DNA from: Eledone cirrhosa
Taxonomy: Eukaryota
DNA length: 64,000 bases
Assembly: GCA_964016885.1 (NCBI GenBank)
Contig: OZ024740.1
Coordinates: forward strand, 203,980,001 to 204,044,000
Direction: 5' to 3'
Position 1 is the stretch's first letter; the number at the start of each line of letters is the position of its first letter. The notes beneath the pieces were generated by a model. That model saw nothing but the letters and a program-made list of their open reading frames with translations, was not told where the DNA came from and ran no database searches. The position numbers and the translations under genes are program-made. This document shows positions 38,608-52,661 of the stretch, one piece after another.

Positions 38608-39608
38608 TTTCTTTATTGGCCACAAGGGCTGACATCAAGAAAAACATTACAGACGGCACAGGATGGTACAGGACGGTACGATGTGGGTTTTGTGCGTATA
38701 AAGATTTTTATTATTTATATAAGAAAAGAAAAAAAAGACATAGAAACATATATATATATAAACAATAAAAATGAAAATTGAAACAATGAAAAATTCCCCA
38801 ATAGGGGGGAAACCTCCGAGGGTTACTCGTGGCGAAAATCACACAAAAGACCACGGCCACCCTGACCACCAGGGCAAGCGCCCTCTCTCAATTTTTCCAT
38901 TTCTCAAACTACAGGCGTATATTCAGAGCGGTCCTGTTTACTCGGACCATTCTCGCTACATTCACCCACCTTTCAACAAACTTGTTAGAAGGCAGCACTT
39001 GCCTCTCCACCCTGATTTTCCTCTTCAAGTGAAACTTGAAAAAGTTAATTAGGGATTCGCCGAAGAGGAAAGTGTCTGTCTTTAACCCTTTCAACCTTGT
39101 CCACCACACAATCTCTTTCGCCATGGCCACCAGGCAGATGAAAACCGCCTGTCCTTCCTCCTCGAAGGAAGACAGCGAGACCATCTGCACAATGGACTCA
39201 GTCGATAACCGGATCAGTCCTACACGCGACAGCAACTGTTCGACATAGCTCCACAAGTCAGCAATGCTCGGGCACTGAACGAGTGCGTGCATGACGATTT
39301 CGTCGCTCTGCACGCATCTCGGACAGGCTCGGCTGACGGCACTTCCGTGCCTGTAGAGCTTATCTCGAACCGGCAACGCTCCCCGGTATCACTGCCAGGC
39401 CATGGATTTTTGGAAGTTATCCATAGGCCCTGGGCTGACAGTTCTCCGGAAGAGAGCAAACAGCTGATCTTCTTCGACGCCCAGGATCTCTCTGAGAACG
39501 TCATCGCTCTTCCCCTCCACTAGTCCTCTATAGAACGCCGAGTTGGATGTTCCACCGATACTTGTGCCCAGCTGGCAGAGGGCAGTGAACGCCTGGAGAC
39601 ATTCCAGT
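38606..39608 (-). mobile_element. L1/Tx1 LINE 3' fragment ending in a long (ATT)n tract
   Basis: ORF 38909-39376 (PVRDKLYRHG...CPRC...HALVQC) homologous to other copies; gtggccaataaagaaatc then (att)n at 38521-38605. Confidence 0.9.
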
Positions 39609-39784
39609 TTCTAAAGAGGATCGGACACCATGCTTTGACGCATAGAGTTACGGCCCTTGCCATTCTGAGTTCAAATCCCGCCAAGGTTAACTTTGCTTTT
39701 CATCCTTACGGGGTCGATAAAATAAAGTACCAGTAATGTACTGGGTAATTGCTGGCCTTGTGCCATAGTAGAAACAATTATAAT

Positions 39785-40302
39785 AAATGTTCGGTAAACC
39801 CATACGTACATATATATGTGTGCATGTATGTATATATATACATACTACTGTACGTCTGTACAATTATATGTATGTACGTATACATACTTATATTTAAGTA
39901 TCAGCCGTACTAAGAGTGAGAAATGAAATTTCATTTTTTCCATTTATCGTTTTCGGTACGCCCGGCCGACTAACTCACTCGATATGCAAATTAGGCTGCT
40001 CAGCCGTTAATATGCATAAGGAAAGTATATACTTTCAGACGTTAAATCGACTGACAGGAAGGTATTCGGCGCTGATGACAGCTAATAAGCTAAAAACTAG
40101 TTCATCGTTCCTTTGTCAGTGTTGAACAAAAGGGCAACGATGGTTGCCGAACACTGTACGGCTAATAATTCGGGCTGTTTGTTTACAAACAAATGTTCAG
40201 TAAACCCATACGTACATATATATATGTGTGCATGTAGGTATATATATACATACTATTGTACGTCTGTATACATATATGTATGTACGTATACATACTTATA
40301 TA
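39785..40302 (+). mobile_element. Retrozyme-like unit: approximately 108-bp direct repeats, period about 406 bp, octamer plus decayed HHR
   Basis: Repeats start at 39785 and 40191; ATGCAAAT at 39984-39991; cggcg CTGATGA cagct-aata-agct aAAA actagt t catcg at 40067-40107. Confidence 0.55.
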
Positions 40303-40400
40303 TATATATATATATAAATGAAGAGAGAAAGAGGGAGGGACAGAGAGTGTAAGAAATGTGTGTGTGTTTGGTACACGTCTATCTATCTATCTATCTATCT

Positions 40401-43400
40401 AACTGAAGGGCCAAACTTTATAACTGCTGTGGGACTACCTCATTCGAAAATGATAAAAGTCCCAATGCACTTGTACAAAACACTGAAAATAAATTTCACG
40501 GAGGACGTGGGCCCCCCCTGCGCCAAACCAATCAACCGCGTCCTCCTAAAAAATTTCACCCCCCGTTCTGCTGCAAAAACATATGGGCCTTGCAACACAG
40601 ATAGTTCACTTGGACCCAGGGGGTCGACTGGTGGTGCTGGACCTTGGCAGTGGTGAAGGTAGAGCCCTTAGGCTGATAGCCGCATATGCCCCTTTTGGGA
40701 CAGAGCGGCCCGACTTTTTCCAGCGTCTGGAGTCTTTTCTAGGGACGTCCCGTTCCCTGCTTTTAGTGGGGGATTGGAATGGTATCCTGGATGCACGTTG
40801 GGACTATGCAGGGGCATGTCCCGATAGAGAGGGGTGCAACAGCCTCAAGGGGTTACTCGGCCGATTTGACCTGGCCGATAGATTTCGACTAGATTTTCCG
40901 ACGGTGCCAACCTGGTCTTGGTCAAATCGCAGCGGATCATCTAGATCGTACCTAGATAGATTTTTAGTTAGAAATAAGGACAGGGACTTTTTAAGTTGTC
41001 CAGAAATGCTCATGGTTGGCTATTCAGACCACAAGTTGGTGACCTGCATGGTCAACCTTGATAGAACGCATAGACAGGGCCCCGGTTACTGGAAGCTCAA
41101 CTTGTCCTTGCCGGCAAGTAGAGCCTACAGGAATCGGATTAGTACGTTAGTTAAGGAACGATTGACTGGAGCGATCGTCAACAGCAGGTGGTGGGTATCT
41201 CTAAAGAGAGAGATTAGAGTAGTCTCGATTGAATTTAGTAAGGTTCTAGCTGCGGATAGGAATAGGAAGGAAAGGGAGCTAATAGATAGAGTAGAAGAGG
41301 CAATTAGAAGCGGCGACGTGGCCAGAGTGCTAGCGTCGAGAACGGCTTTGAGCCAGTTTTTCGACGCGAAGCACGAAGGCTGCGTTGTCCGAAGTAAAAT
41401 ACGTGCTCTAGGGAACGAGGGGGCCAAAGCTGTTAGCTGGGCCCGCGTGACAGAGGCCAACAGTGGAACTAAATCCACCATCCGGTCTTTGCGAGACCTG
41501 GATGGACGGGCGATTCTTGAGCCTAAGCAGATGTGTGAGGCCTTTCAAAGGCACTTTGCCCGACTGTTCGGGAGGGGCGGGGAGCCGGTTGGAAACGTGG
41601 ACTTCGGTCCATACCTCGACGGCCTGCCGCGCCTCTCGGACAGGGAGGCGAAGTCTTGCGAGGAGCCGATTTCGGCCGCTGAGATAGAGGACGTGCTGGG
41701 CCAATGCGGCAAACGCAAATCCCCGGGTCTCGATGGTCTTCCTTACGAATTATATCTAGCTATGCCGGACTTGTTCCCCGATCTCCTCGAGGCGGTCTAC
41801 TGCAACTGGCAACAGAACGGGAGAATTCCCTGTACTGTGACCAAGGGCGTAGTCACGCTAGTGAGGAAGGACGAGAACAAGGGGGACGAAATAAGTAACT
41901 TCAGGCCCATAACTCTGCTAAATACAGAGTTACAGATTTTGGCCAAGGTGCTAGCAAAGAGGTTGGCGCTTGTCGTGGGCAACCTGGTGGGAGATGCGCA
42001 GACATGCGCTATCCCGTCCAGGTCCATCCATGACAACCTCCACCTCATGCGATACATCATAGAGAGGGTTGGGAACGAACCCGGCTTTGGTGGGGCTCTG
42101 ATCAACTTGGATCAATCTAAGGCGTTCGATAGGGTCGACCATGGTTACCTGGATGCGGTGCTAGCGGCGGCAGGCTTCGGACCCGTTTTCAAGGGCTGGA
42201 TCACTGCTATGCACAGCAGCCGCATCTGCTCTAGGGTCAAGGTGAACGGCTACCTCTCGGAGCCGTTCAAAATCGCGCGGTCCATCCGACAAGGGTGCCC
42301 TCTCTCCTCCCTTCTGTATGTGTTGACTCTCGAGCCACTACTGCGGAAGTTGGAGTTGTTGCAGGGCATCCCTTTGGAACCGGGATTGCGGAAAGCGGTG
42401 TCAGCCTACGCCGATGATGTGACAGTAATGGTGTCGACGGCCTCCGAAATCGAGGCGGTCGGCACCTTACTGGAGGAGTACGAAAAGTTCACAGGGGCTA
42501 AGCTGAACCGGGACAAGTCGATCGGTTTGCAACTCGGCACGTGGAGGGGCAGACCGATGCCCTCCGATGGCGTCGTCGGACGCTGGACGGAGGGCCCGGT
42601 GAAGTTGCTCGGGGTCTGGTTCGGACCGGACCTCCAGGTGGAGAAAAACTGGGCGGAGGTTACGAACAGGGTGTTTGCACTGACCCAGAAGTGGGCCAGT
42701 TGCAAACTATCCCTGAAAGGTCGGGCGGAGGTGGCGAACACTTATATAGCGTCCGTCATCTACTACCGCCTGACCGTAGTGCCCTGGCGCTCACCGCCCT
42801 CTGGCAGGCGCTCACCGCCCTCTGGCAGGCAGATCCGGCTATCAGTGGAGACTCCACCGCAACATTCTATAGAGGGCTGGTACGCAGCAGGTGCGACGAC
42901 GCCCTCGGAGAAGCCCTAGACATGGAGGAGGACGAACTGGCCAGCCTGTTCGGTAGGACATTCAGCCCGGGACCTATGGACAACTTCCAGAAGTCCCTGG
43001 CCTGGCAGTGCTACCGAGGGGCTTTACCCGTTCGAGAAAGGCTCTACAGACACGGGCGCCCGGGTAGGGACCCCGCCAAAAAGATCTGTCCCAGATGCGT
43101 GTGCGACGAGGAAACCGTTGCACACGCATTGGTACACTGCTCGGGCGTAGCCGATCTGTGGGGCTATGTCGAACAACTGCTGTCAAGGGTGGGACCGATC
43201 CGGTTGACCACCGAGTCTATTGTAATGATCAAGCCGCCTCCCCCCTTCAAAGATGAAGCAGAGGCGGTGTTTCTGTGCGTCATAGCCATGGCGAAAGAGG
43301 TTGTATGGTGGACGCGTCTGAAAGGACTGAGGTCAGGCACCTTTTTCTCTGGCCAACAACTGGTCCGTTTCTTCCGATATCATTTCGGAAGAAGGATCAG

Positions 43401-43780
43401 GATGGAGAGAGAGGTGCTGCACCCCAGTCGTTTTTATGAAAGGTGGGTGAAAGTGGCGAGAATGGCCCGTGTGAATGGGCCTTCTCTTTACATAAGCCTG
43501 TAGGTGGAAAAGAGGAAGGAACGAGGGAGCACCCCCTCTCTGTGCTCCTGAGGAAAAGGGTTGCACACTTTTTTCGGGGGTGTGTGCGACCCCCCAAGGC
43601 GCCTCCTCTCTATTGAGGATTTTGTTAAAAATTTTATTTTTTGTTATATCTTATTTTATTTTTATATTTTGTTATTGCCTCCTCCTTATTGAGGACGCCT
43701 TTTTGTGTAAACTCCCCCCTTTGTACTTGTCCCACTTTTGATGCCCTAGTGGCAAATAAAAGAAACTTATCTATCTATCT
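40401..43780 (+). mobile_element. L1/Tx1 LINE copy A, 5'-truncated with two internal deletions
   Basis: ORF 40583-42919 (EN plus RT, YADD) and C-terminus to 43503; ORF1 tail joined to EN at about 40562; deletion with a 21-bp duplication at about 42786-42827; (TCTA)n before and (TATC)n after. Confidence 0.93.
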
Positions 43781-46700
43781 CGGAGAAGATAGACGTGTTT
43801 TTGTTTCGCTCCTGCATTTTGTCGGAATTTATTACGAGAAGCGGTAGGTCTGTTTAAGTAATTTGTTATTTGTTGTGTTTAACCCCTCGCCTGGGCCTGC
43901 AGACGTTGGGTAAAATAAATTTCGCCCCTTTTTGGGGCGAAATTTAATAGTTATAAGTTGTCGATAAAAAGTCGTTTAGTGACAAAGGACGCCATTAATA
44001 CGACGCATGCCACGCCCCCCAAGGAAAGTGATAAAGAGAAGGTAGCAGCACAACGCTGTAAGCCTTCCCTCCTCACTCCCGCAAAAGACACCACGGAATC
44101 AAAAGAAAAAATTGTGGAAGTGGGTGAAAACCCCAAAAGTAACAATTACAATAACAAGAACAACAATGACAATAACAACACAACCAACAACAGCAACAAT
44201 GACAATAACAACACAACCAACAACAGCAATAATGACAACACCAACAAAGGAAAAAAAGCAAGCCAACACGAATAACAACAACAACAATGATAAAAACACG
44301 AAAGAAAACGGACCCACAGCTGCAGTCTCCTTCGCACAGGCGGTCCGAGAAACGCAGACATACAAGGCACTGGACATCTCGAGTGCCAAGAAATTGCTGA
44401 AAGAAGCAAGGAATTGTGTAAATTTCGGGCAAGGTGGGGAATTCACAATTACCTCCCCCGAAGAAATTAGAAGGGACACAGTCCCCAGGACTGTAATTTT
44501 TAGGACAGTTTCGAACACGACTAGGAAACCGGTTCAATTGTCCCAAAGCGAAATTGAGCTGGTCCTAAGTAGTGCCTGGAAGGATATCGCTTTCATACAG
44601 AAAGGGAAACTGTATGGAAGCATATCTGTTTTAATGCAAGATGAATTGGCGGCACTGAAATATTCTGTGTCGCCAATTGCATCCAAAGCATACACCTTTT
44701 CCCCCACATATTTGGGGAAAAGAACTCAAAAGATAAGAATCTCGGGCACCAGGCCAAATGCGAGCATTTGGTGTGTGCTAACGGGATTCTTAGAAGATGA
44801 GGACACAATCCTTTCGATAGGCGAATCCACAGGGGGCGTATTCGGCGGCAATAGCCTTGAAGTTCTGGTTCAAATGAGACCAGAACGGATAGCAAGAATA
44901 CCGCAGCGTGTCCCTGGATGGAGTCGCCTTCATAAACATTTCTGTTGAGGGCAGGCGGCCTTCATGCTACCACTGTTCAAGAAGTGGTCACCTGAGGGCT
45001 TCCTGTCCCCTTTTAAATGCCCCCCCCCCCCCAAAAAAAAAGACGCTTCTGCCCATCCCACACACAACACCACAACACCACCACAACAACAACACGGAAA
45101 AATAACAACACAAGACGCTGTCCCACCCAACCCCTCCCCACCTAAAACAAATACAAAAGCAACCACAACAAAACCCCAAAATATACTCCTCCCCAGCAAC
45201 ACGGACGAGGACCCCTTATCAACGTCACCCAGTGACGACAAGGGAGAACCCTTTCAACCTGTAAAAAGAAAGAAAGGAAGGCACCACATTAACAAAAATG
45301 CAATAAACACACAACCACCAGCACAAACAGAACAAACATCACAAACAAAAAAAAAACCCACCCCTCCCGAAAACATAACACATACTACAAAACGCAAACA
45401 CACACAAGAACAACAGACATAAACAAAAACAACACAACAAAAACAGTATACATACATCAACACAAACAACAAAACACTTGTGCAAACAATAGACAAAGAC
45501 CCTTCGGTGGAAACCGAAGGGAAAATGTTCACCAACGCGACGACTAAACCGCATTTAAAAATGATTAGGGTCCTAAGGGACACCTACGCAATGCTCAAAG
45601 AGAACTTTCCCGATGACGTGGGGAACCCCTGAACTATACCTAGCAACCGCCTCCTCTTGAAATGTTTCCCCACCACCACACCAGACACCCCTCCCCCACC
45701 AAACACCCCCACTCCACCACACAGTGATGTCCCCACCACATCCCAAACCACCACCCCACCAAACAACCCCGCCGCACCCCCATGGAAATTGTGCAGCCTG
45801 GTCCCCAGGTGAAGGAGAGGTAGGTCTCTTTTCCTTTTTCTCCACTCTAAACTCTTCACTACCAACATGGCTGTTATAAGAGTTGGATGTTTAAATGTGC
45901 GCGGCCTGGGGATGTCATGGAAGCAGGGCAAACTCTTAAATGACCTCAGGTCGCACAGAATGGATGTGATAGCTATTTGCGAGTCCAGGATCAGCAGCGA
46001 GCACCAACTGGCCCCCATCTTCGACGACTTTGAGATCTATGCATCTCTCTGTCAGCCGGGAGGGGGGGGGGCGTTCTGCTGCGAAAAGACCTGGGCCTCG
46101 CAACACAGAAGGTACACCTGGACACGGAGGGTCGACTGGTGGTTTTAGACGTCGGCAGTGGTGAATGTGGAGCTTTCAAGCTGGTGGCAGCGTATGCCCC
46201 ATCTGGGACACCGCGATCGGACTTCTTCCAACGCCTAGAGACTTTTCTGGGAACGTCTCGCTCCTTGCTTTTAGTGGGGGACTGGAATGGTATCCTGGAT
46301 GCACGTTGGGACTATGTAGGGGCATGTCCCAATAGAGGGGGTGTAACAGCCTCAAACGGTTAATCGGCCGATTTGATCTGGCCGATAGATATCGACTAAA
46401 TTTTCCGACTGTGCCACTGTGGACGTGGACTAATCGCAGCGGAACATCTAGGTCGTACCTAGATAGGTTCCTAGTTAGAAATAAGGATAGGGACATATTA
46501 AGCTATCCACGAATGTTCATGGTTGACTATTCGGATCACAAGTTGGTGACCGGAGTGGTCAACCTTGATAGAGCCCATAGACAAGGACCCGGTTACTGGA
46601 AGCTAAACTTGTCGTTACCGACAAACAAAGCTTTCAGTAAGCGGATTAGCACTCTAGTTAAGCAACGGTTGACGGGGGTAATTGTCAACAGCAGGTGGTG

Positions 46701-48870
46701 GGAATCTCTCAAGAGAGAAATTAGAATAGAATCGATAGGTTTTAGTCAGGAATTAGCATCAGATAGGAATAGAACTGAAAGATTTTGGCCAAGGTGTTAA
46801 CGAAGAGGTTGGCGCTTGTCGTCGGGAACCTGGTGGGAGAAGCGCAGACATGCGCAATCCCGTCCAGGTCCATACACGACAACCTCCACCTCATGCGATA
46901 CATCGTAGAGAGGGTAGCGAACGAACTCGGCTTTGGTGGGGCCCTGATCAACTTGGATCAATCTAAGGCGTTCGATAGGGTCGACCATCGGTACCTGGAT
47001 GCGGTGCTCGCGGCGGCAGGCTTCGGACCCGTTTTCAGAGCTGGATTGCTGCAATGCACAGCAGCAACACTTGCTCGAGGGTCAAGGTGCCGTCCCAAAT
47101 CGCGCGATCTATCCGACAGGGATGCCCTCTCTCCTCCCTTCTGTATGTTCTGGCTCTCGAGACACTGCTGCGGAAGTTGGAGCTCTTGAAGGGAATCCCC
47201 TTGGAACCGGGATTGCGGAAAGCGGTGTCGGCCTATGCCGACGACGTGACAGTAATGGTGTCGTGCGCCTCGGAAATCGGGGAGATCGGCACCTTACTGG
47301 AGGAATGCGAAAGGTTTACAGGAGCCAAGCTGAACCACGACAAGTCCGTCGGTTTGCAACTCGGAACGTGGAGAGGCAAACCGATGCCCTCCGACGGCGT
47401 CGTCGGACGCTGGACGGAGGGCCCGGTGAAGTTGCTCGGGGTCTGGTTCGGACCGGACCTCCAGGTGGAGAAAAACTGGGACGAGGTAACGGGCAGGGTG
47501 TTTGCACTCGCCCAGAAGTGGGCCGAGTGCAAACTATCCCTGAAAGGTCGAGCGAAGGTGGCGAACACTTATATAGCGTCCGTCATCTACTACCGCTTGA
47601 CCGTCGTGCCTTGCCCAGCGAAAACGCTCGCCAAAATGGAGCCGCGTGCTCTTCCGATTCCTTTGGAAGAAGCGAGCCCCTTTGGTGAGAAGATCCATCT
47701 GCTGTCAATACGGAGGGCTGGGGATGCCGTAGCTGACGATGCGTAGACACGCATTAAGGCTACGGCACCTCCAGGTATTCCTCACCGGTCAGCCGGTGTG
47801 GGCCCCTTTTGAGAGGCGAGCCTTTCCGAGACTCGTCTCGCTTACCGAGCTGCAATCCTGGGTCAAGCAAAGACCGAGAAAAGTGGGCGACTGGCACATT
47901 TAAATGTGCCCAGGCGCTCACGACCCTCTGGCAAGCGGATCCGGCAATAAGTGGAGACTCAACCTCAACATTCTATAGAGGGTTAGTGCGCAGCAAGTGC
48001 GACGACGCTCTCGGAGAGGCTCTGGGCATGGAGGAAGACGAGCTAGCCAGTCTGTTCGGTAGGACGTTTGGCCCGGGACCGATGGACAACTTCCAAAAGT
48101 CCCTGGCTTGGCAGTGCTACCGAGGAGCTCTACCCGTTCGGGACAAGCTCTACAGACACGGGCACCCGGGTAGGGACCCCTCGAAGAAGATCTGTCCGAG
48201 ATGCGTGCGTGACGAGGAAAGTGTTGCGCACGCATTCGTACACTTCCCCGGCGTTGCTGACCTGTGGGGCTATGTGGAACGACTACTGTCGTGGGTGGGA
48301 CCAAAACGGTTGACCACCGAGTACATTGTCACGATCAAACCGCCTCCCACTTCAAAAACGAAGGAGAGGCGGTTTTCCTCTGTGTGATAGCTATGGCGAA
48401 AGAGGTTTATGGTGGACGTGGTTGAAAGGGCTGAGGTCAGACACTTTTCTCTCCGGCCTACAACTGGTCCTTTTCTTTCAAGTACCATTTTAGAAGAAGG
48501 ATCAGAATGGAGAGAGAGGTGCTCTACCCCAGCAAGTTTTATGAAAGGTGGGTGAAAGTGGCGAGAATGGCCCGAGTGAATGGGTCTTCTCTCTATATCA
48601 GCCTGTAGGTGAGAGAGGAGAGGAAGGAGGAGAGGAAGGGAGCACCCGCTCTTTGTGCTCCTGAGGAGGAGGGTTGCATATTTTTTTCGGGGGTGTGTGC
48701 GACCCACGTCAACGCCCCCTCCCTATTGATGACTGCGATTGTTGAATTTGATTTGTTATATGTTTTTACACGTCCCTTGAAATGTATGTAAACTCCCATT
48801 CTTGTATTTGTCCCAATCTTTGATGCCCTCGTGGCAAATAAATAGAAAGTTATCTATCTATCTATCTATC
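43781..48870 (+). mobile_element. L1/Tx1 LINE copy B, apparently retaining its 5' end, decayed
   Basis: 5' UTR; ORF1 fragments with the zinc knuckle CYHCSRSGHLRASC; ORF2 from 45867 (MAVIRVGCLNVRGL) with frameshifts and a deletion at about 46775; AATAAA then (TATC)n. Confidence 0.93.
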
Positions 48871-49697
48871 AGAGTGCAAACTGTCCTTGAAAGGTCGAGC
48901 GGAGGTGGCGAACACTTTCATAGCGTCCATCGTCTACTACCGCTTGATTGTCTTGCCTTGTCCCCGTGAACACCTCGCCAAGATGGAAGGCATTCTTTTC
49001 CAGTTTCTGTGGAAGAAGCAGGCTCCGCTGGTGATGAGATCCGTCTGCTGACAGCACCCTTCCAACGGAGGGCTGGGAATGCCGTGGCTGATGATGCGCA
49101 AACATGCGCTGAGGCTGCGGCATCTCCAGGTATTCCTCACCGACCCCCAACCGGTGTGGGCACCGTTTGTGAGACAGGCTTTCCCTCAGCTCGTCTCACT
49201 GACGGAGCTGCAGTCCTGGGTGAAGAAAACACCGAAAACGATGGGCGCCTGGCACATTGAATGCGCTCAGGCGCTCACAGTCCTCTTGCAAGCGGGCGCA
49301 GCAATCAGTGGAGACTCCAATTCGACATTCTATAGAGGGATTGTACGTTACAAGGGCGACGACGTGCTCGGAGAGACTCTGGGCGTCGAAGACGATGAGC
49401 TCACCAGTCTGTTTGGTAGGACTTTCCGGCCGTGACCTATGGACAACTTCCAGAGGTCCATGGCCTGGCAGTGCTACCGAGGAGCTCTACCGGTTCATGA
49501 CAAGATCTACAGGCACGGATGCCCCGGCAGGGATCCTTCCAAGAGGACGTGTCCAAGATGCGCGCAGGACATTGAAACAGTCCTGCACGCAATTGTACAC
49601 TGCCCGGGCGTAACCGACCTGTGGAACTATGTAGAATAACTGCTGTCGCGTATGGGACAAATCTAGTTGACTGCCGAGTCCATAGTAAGGATCAACT
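48871..49697 (+). mobile_element. L1/Tx1 LINE copy C fragment
   Basis: Starts directly after the (TATC)n tail of copy B at ECKLSLKGRAEVANT; DNFQRSMAWQCYRGALPV...CPRC. Confidence 0.9.
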
Positions 49698-49753
49698 TTT
49701 CTGTGGCCCGTAGTAGAACCAATATTTCATATTGCATTATAACTGGTGAAAAT

Positions 49754-49967
49754 AAAGCGGTGAGCTGGTGGAATCGTTCGCACATCTGGCGAAATGCTTA
49801 ACGGTACTTCTTCCGTTTTTACGTTCTGAGTTCAAATTCCACCGATCTCAACTTTGCCTTTCATCCTTTTGGGGTCAATGAATTAAGTACCAGTTGTATA
49901 CTAGGGTCGATGTAATCGACTGAACCCTAACCCCCAAATATCATGCCTTGTTCCTCTAGTAGAAATG
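49754..49967 (+). mobile_element. SINE (family A-related) with an 18-bp TSD
   Basis: TSD attataactggtgaaaat at 49736-49753 and 49968-49985. Confidence 0.85.
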
Positions 49968-50070
49968 ATTATAACTGGTGAAAATCTTCACCCACCACCA
50001 CGTTTAGCCCACTGTGCCTCTCCTCCAGGATGTAATGCCCCTTTTGTGCCCTTGAGTTTGAGATCCCTCT

Positions 50071-50107
<37 letters not shown>

Positions 50108-50391
50108 TTTACTTTTTTTCTGTCTCTGGACTACGCCCATGCTGAAGCGTCAACAAAACAACAAGCATTGGTGGGAGGGCAAACACAAACGCAAAGACAC
50201 ACACAGACATATATACATATATACATATATACGACGGGCCTTCTTTTAGTTTCGGTCTATCAAATCCACTCACAGGGCTTTGGTCGGCCCGGGCAGTGGG
50301 ACTGAACCCAGAAATATGTGGCTGGAAAGCAAGCTTCTTGTCACACTGCGCGTATATATATATATATATATGTATACAATATATATGTATA

Positions 50392-50496
<105 letters not shown>

Positions 50497-50889
50497 AAAT
50501 ACATGTATACTCTTTTACTCTTTTACGTGTTCTAACCAAGCGACTGAGGCCATGCTAAGGCACCAACCTTGTTGCTACACTTTCTATACCTAACCTGTGT
50601 TGGTCAGCCATTGATGTAGGGAGGAATTCGTTGGTGCTTCCCTAAGGTTACTTTCGTTCCGTACTGTGAGTTCATCTGGGATCCTGGACAGCAGAGTGTC
50701 AAGATATTTCCTGAAAACATCCACGTTCACACCATGCAGATCTCTCAGTTTTCTTGGCAGCTTATTAAAGAGTTATTATTGAATAATATACATGATATTT
50801 ATGAAAAATATTTGACAGCCTTTCGCTATGGATTTTTAAGGTTGAGACCACAATCGCACAGCTTTGCTTCAGCAAAAGCAAGGGGGAAG

Positions 50890-50936
50890 TAACCAACAAC
50901 GCATTGTTTCTTGCTTGTTAGCGTTTGTCAAGGTTA
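50890..50936 (-). ncRNA. Decayed type I hammerhead
   Basis: Minus strand: taacc tTGACaA ac gct-aaca-agc aa GAAAC aatgcgtt GTT ggtta; octamer at 51020-51027 on the same strand. Confidence 0.45.
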
Positions 50937-51065
50937 GTTATACACCTAGCTTCCGCCAAGACAAAAATAAGCTAGAATCTTGTGGATTTCTCGCTTATGT
51001 ATATGAGCTGATAAAGCTCATTTGCATACGGAGGTAACTGGCTTGGCTTAAATTAAAACATTAAT

Positions 51066-51519
51066 GGCCAGTTAAGCCTGAAATGCATAGACGGTTGTCC
51101 CTCTTGCTTCTGCGGCACATCACCAGAGGGCGTTAGCCCCCCGGTGTTTGCATAGCTACGGCTTCCTAAAACCGTATTTCTTTGGAGATACGAAATATTT
51201 ATACATATTGTATAAAGCTATGCTTGAAGCGAAATCCTATTTCTTTTCTATTATAAGTTGAGCCAACTTATGCAGCTTCCTATGCAAATGAGATTAATTA
51301 CTTCATTTACACAGACGAGAAAACTATATATTCTCGCCTGTCTTCTAGTCCAGCAGTGGCAAGCAGTGGTAGGAACCGTCCTGACGAAGGCCAGTTAAGC
51401 CTGAAATGCAGAGACGGTTGTACCCTTGCTTCTGCTGGACAACACCAGAGGGCGTTAGCCACCGGTGTTTGCATAGCTACGGCTTCCTAAAACCGTATTT
51501 CTTTGGAGATACGAAATAT
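51066..51519 (+). mobile_element. Retrozyme-like unit: approximately 132-bp direct repeats, period 323 bp, HHR at 51374-51419, ending in (TA)n
   Basis: aaccgtc CTGACGA aggc-cagttaa-gcct GAAA tgca (g/T)A gacggtt; the first repeat keeps the canonical U but begins at stem II; ATGCAAAT at 51282-51289. Confidence 0.8.
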
Positions 51520-51520
51520 G

Positions 51521-51583
<63 letters not shown>

Positions 51584-52661
51584 CATTTCGATATATTTAG
51601 AAAAAAATGTAAATTTCGTATCACACAGTCATGCTGTCATAACTTTCATTCCATTAATTTTTTTCATGTCATTGGAGATATTTTTGTAAATTCTGAGAGA
51701 TTTCAAACAAACTCTGCAATTAGTTTCATTTATATTTTTATAATAAAATTTTATTTTAGAATTATTTTGTCAGACCTTAGAAAATAACTAAAATATTTTT
51801 ACAAAAAAAAACAACATTTTTTTTTAATTGAAAACTTGTAGAAATTAAGCTGAGTAAAATAATAGTGAATTCTACTGCAAACTATTAAAGATTCTTGGAC
51901 TTTTAACAGTAAAGAAGGAAAAAAAAGAACTATTTTCGTGAAGCAGAAAAATCGATATATTGGTTAATTATAGTTTTGTCTTCTAGTTCATTGCAGTAAT
52001 ATTATAGGATAGGTGTTATAGCGAGGCAATATTCTCAACAAAGACATCAAATGCCTTCGTAGTTTGATATATTTCTAATGATTGAATACCAAATATAAAA
52101 ATTATAATTGGAATGATATTGGTTAGCTTTTTTTATTGGCTACTGCTATTCGGAAAATAAAGTCCTAAAATATTTTCTTGTTAATGTTTAAGTGGGCGCA
52201 GCATGGCTGAATGGTTAAAATCTTCTCGTCACAGTGATAAGGTCACTAGTGAAGTGCCATTTACCATAGCCTCGGATCTCAGTTCATTGTGAATAAGGCT
52301 TAAGTTTCGACTTAATATGAAAACAATGTAAGAAATATATGGAGAAGATGGTGCTATGTGCTTTTAATCAAACTGATCTTATTACTTTTCCCGAAGAGAC
52401 GTTTTACGTGCCATTACGTTCAAATCCCGTCGAGGTTAACTTTGCCTTTCATCCTTACGGGGTCTATAAAATAAAGTACCAGTAATGTAGTGGGTAATTG
52501 CTGGCCGTGTGCCAAAAGTAAAAACAATTATTTTATCAAATAAGCGGAATTTACAGTTGTTTTTTCAAGAAAAATAAATAAAGGAAAAGAGAGCGATATA
52601 TAGTAAATAGATATCTTTTAGAAAGACGAGTCACCAGAATTACATGCGGTTTACATTGTGG

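Noticed and set aside
40373-43798. 12-bp inverted match acacgtctatct / agatagacgtgt around Tx1 copy A
   Set aside because: Short and partly microsatellite-derived; probably coincidental.
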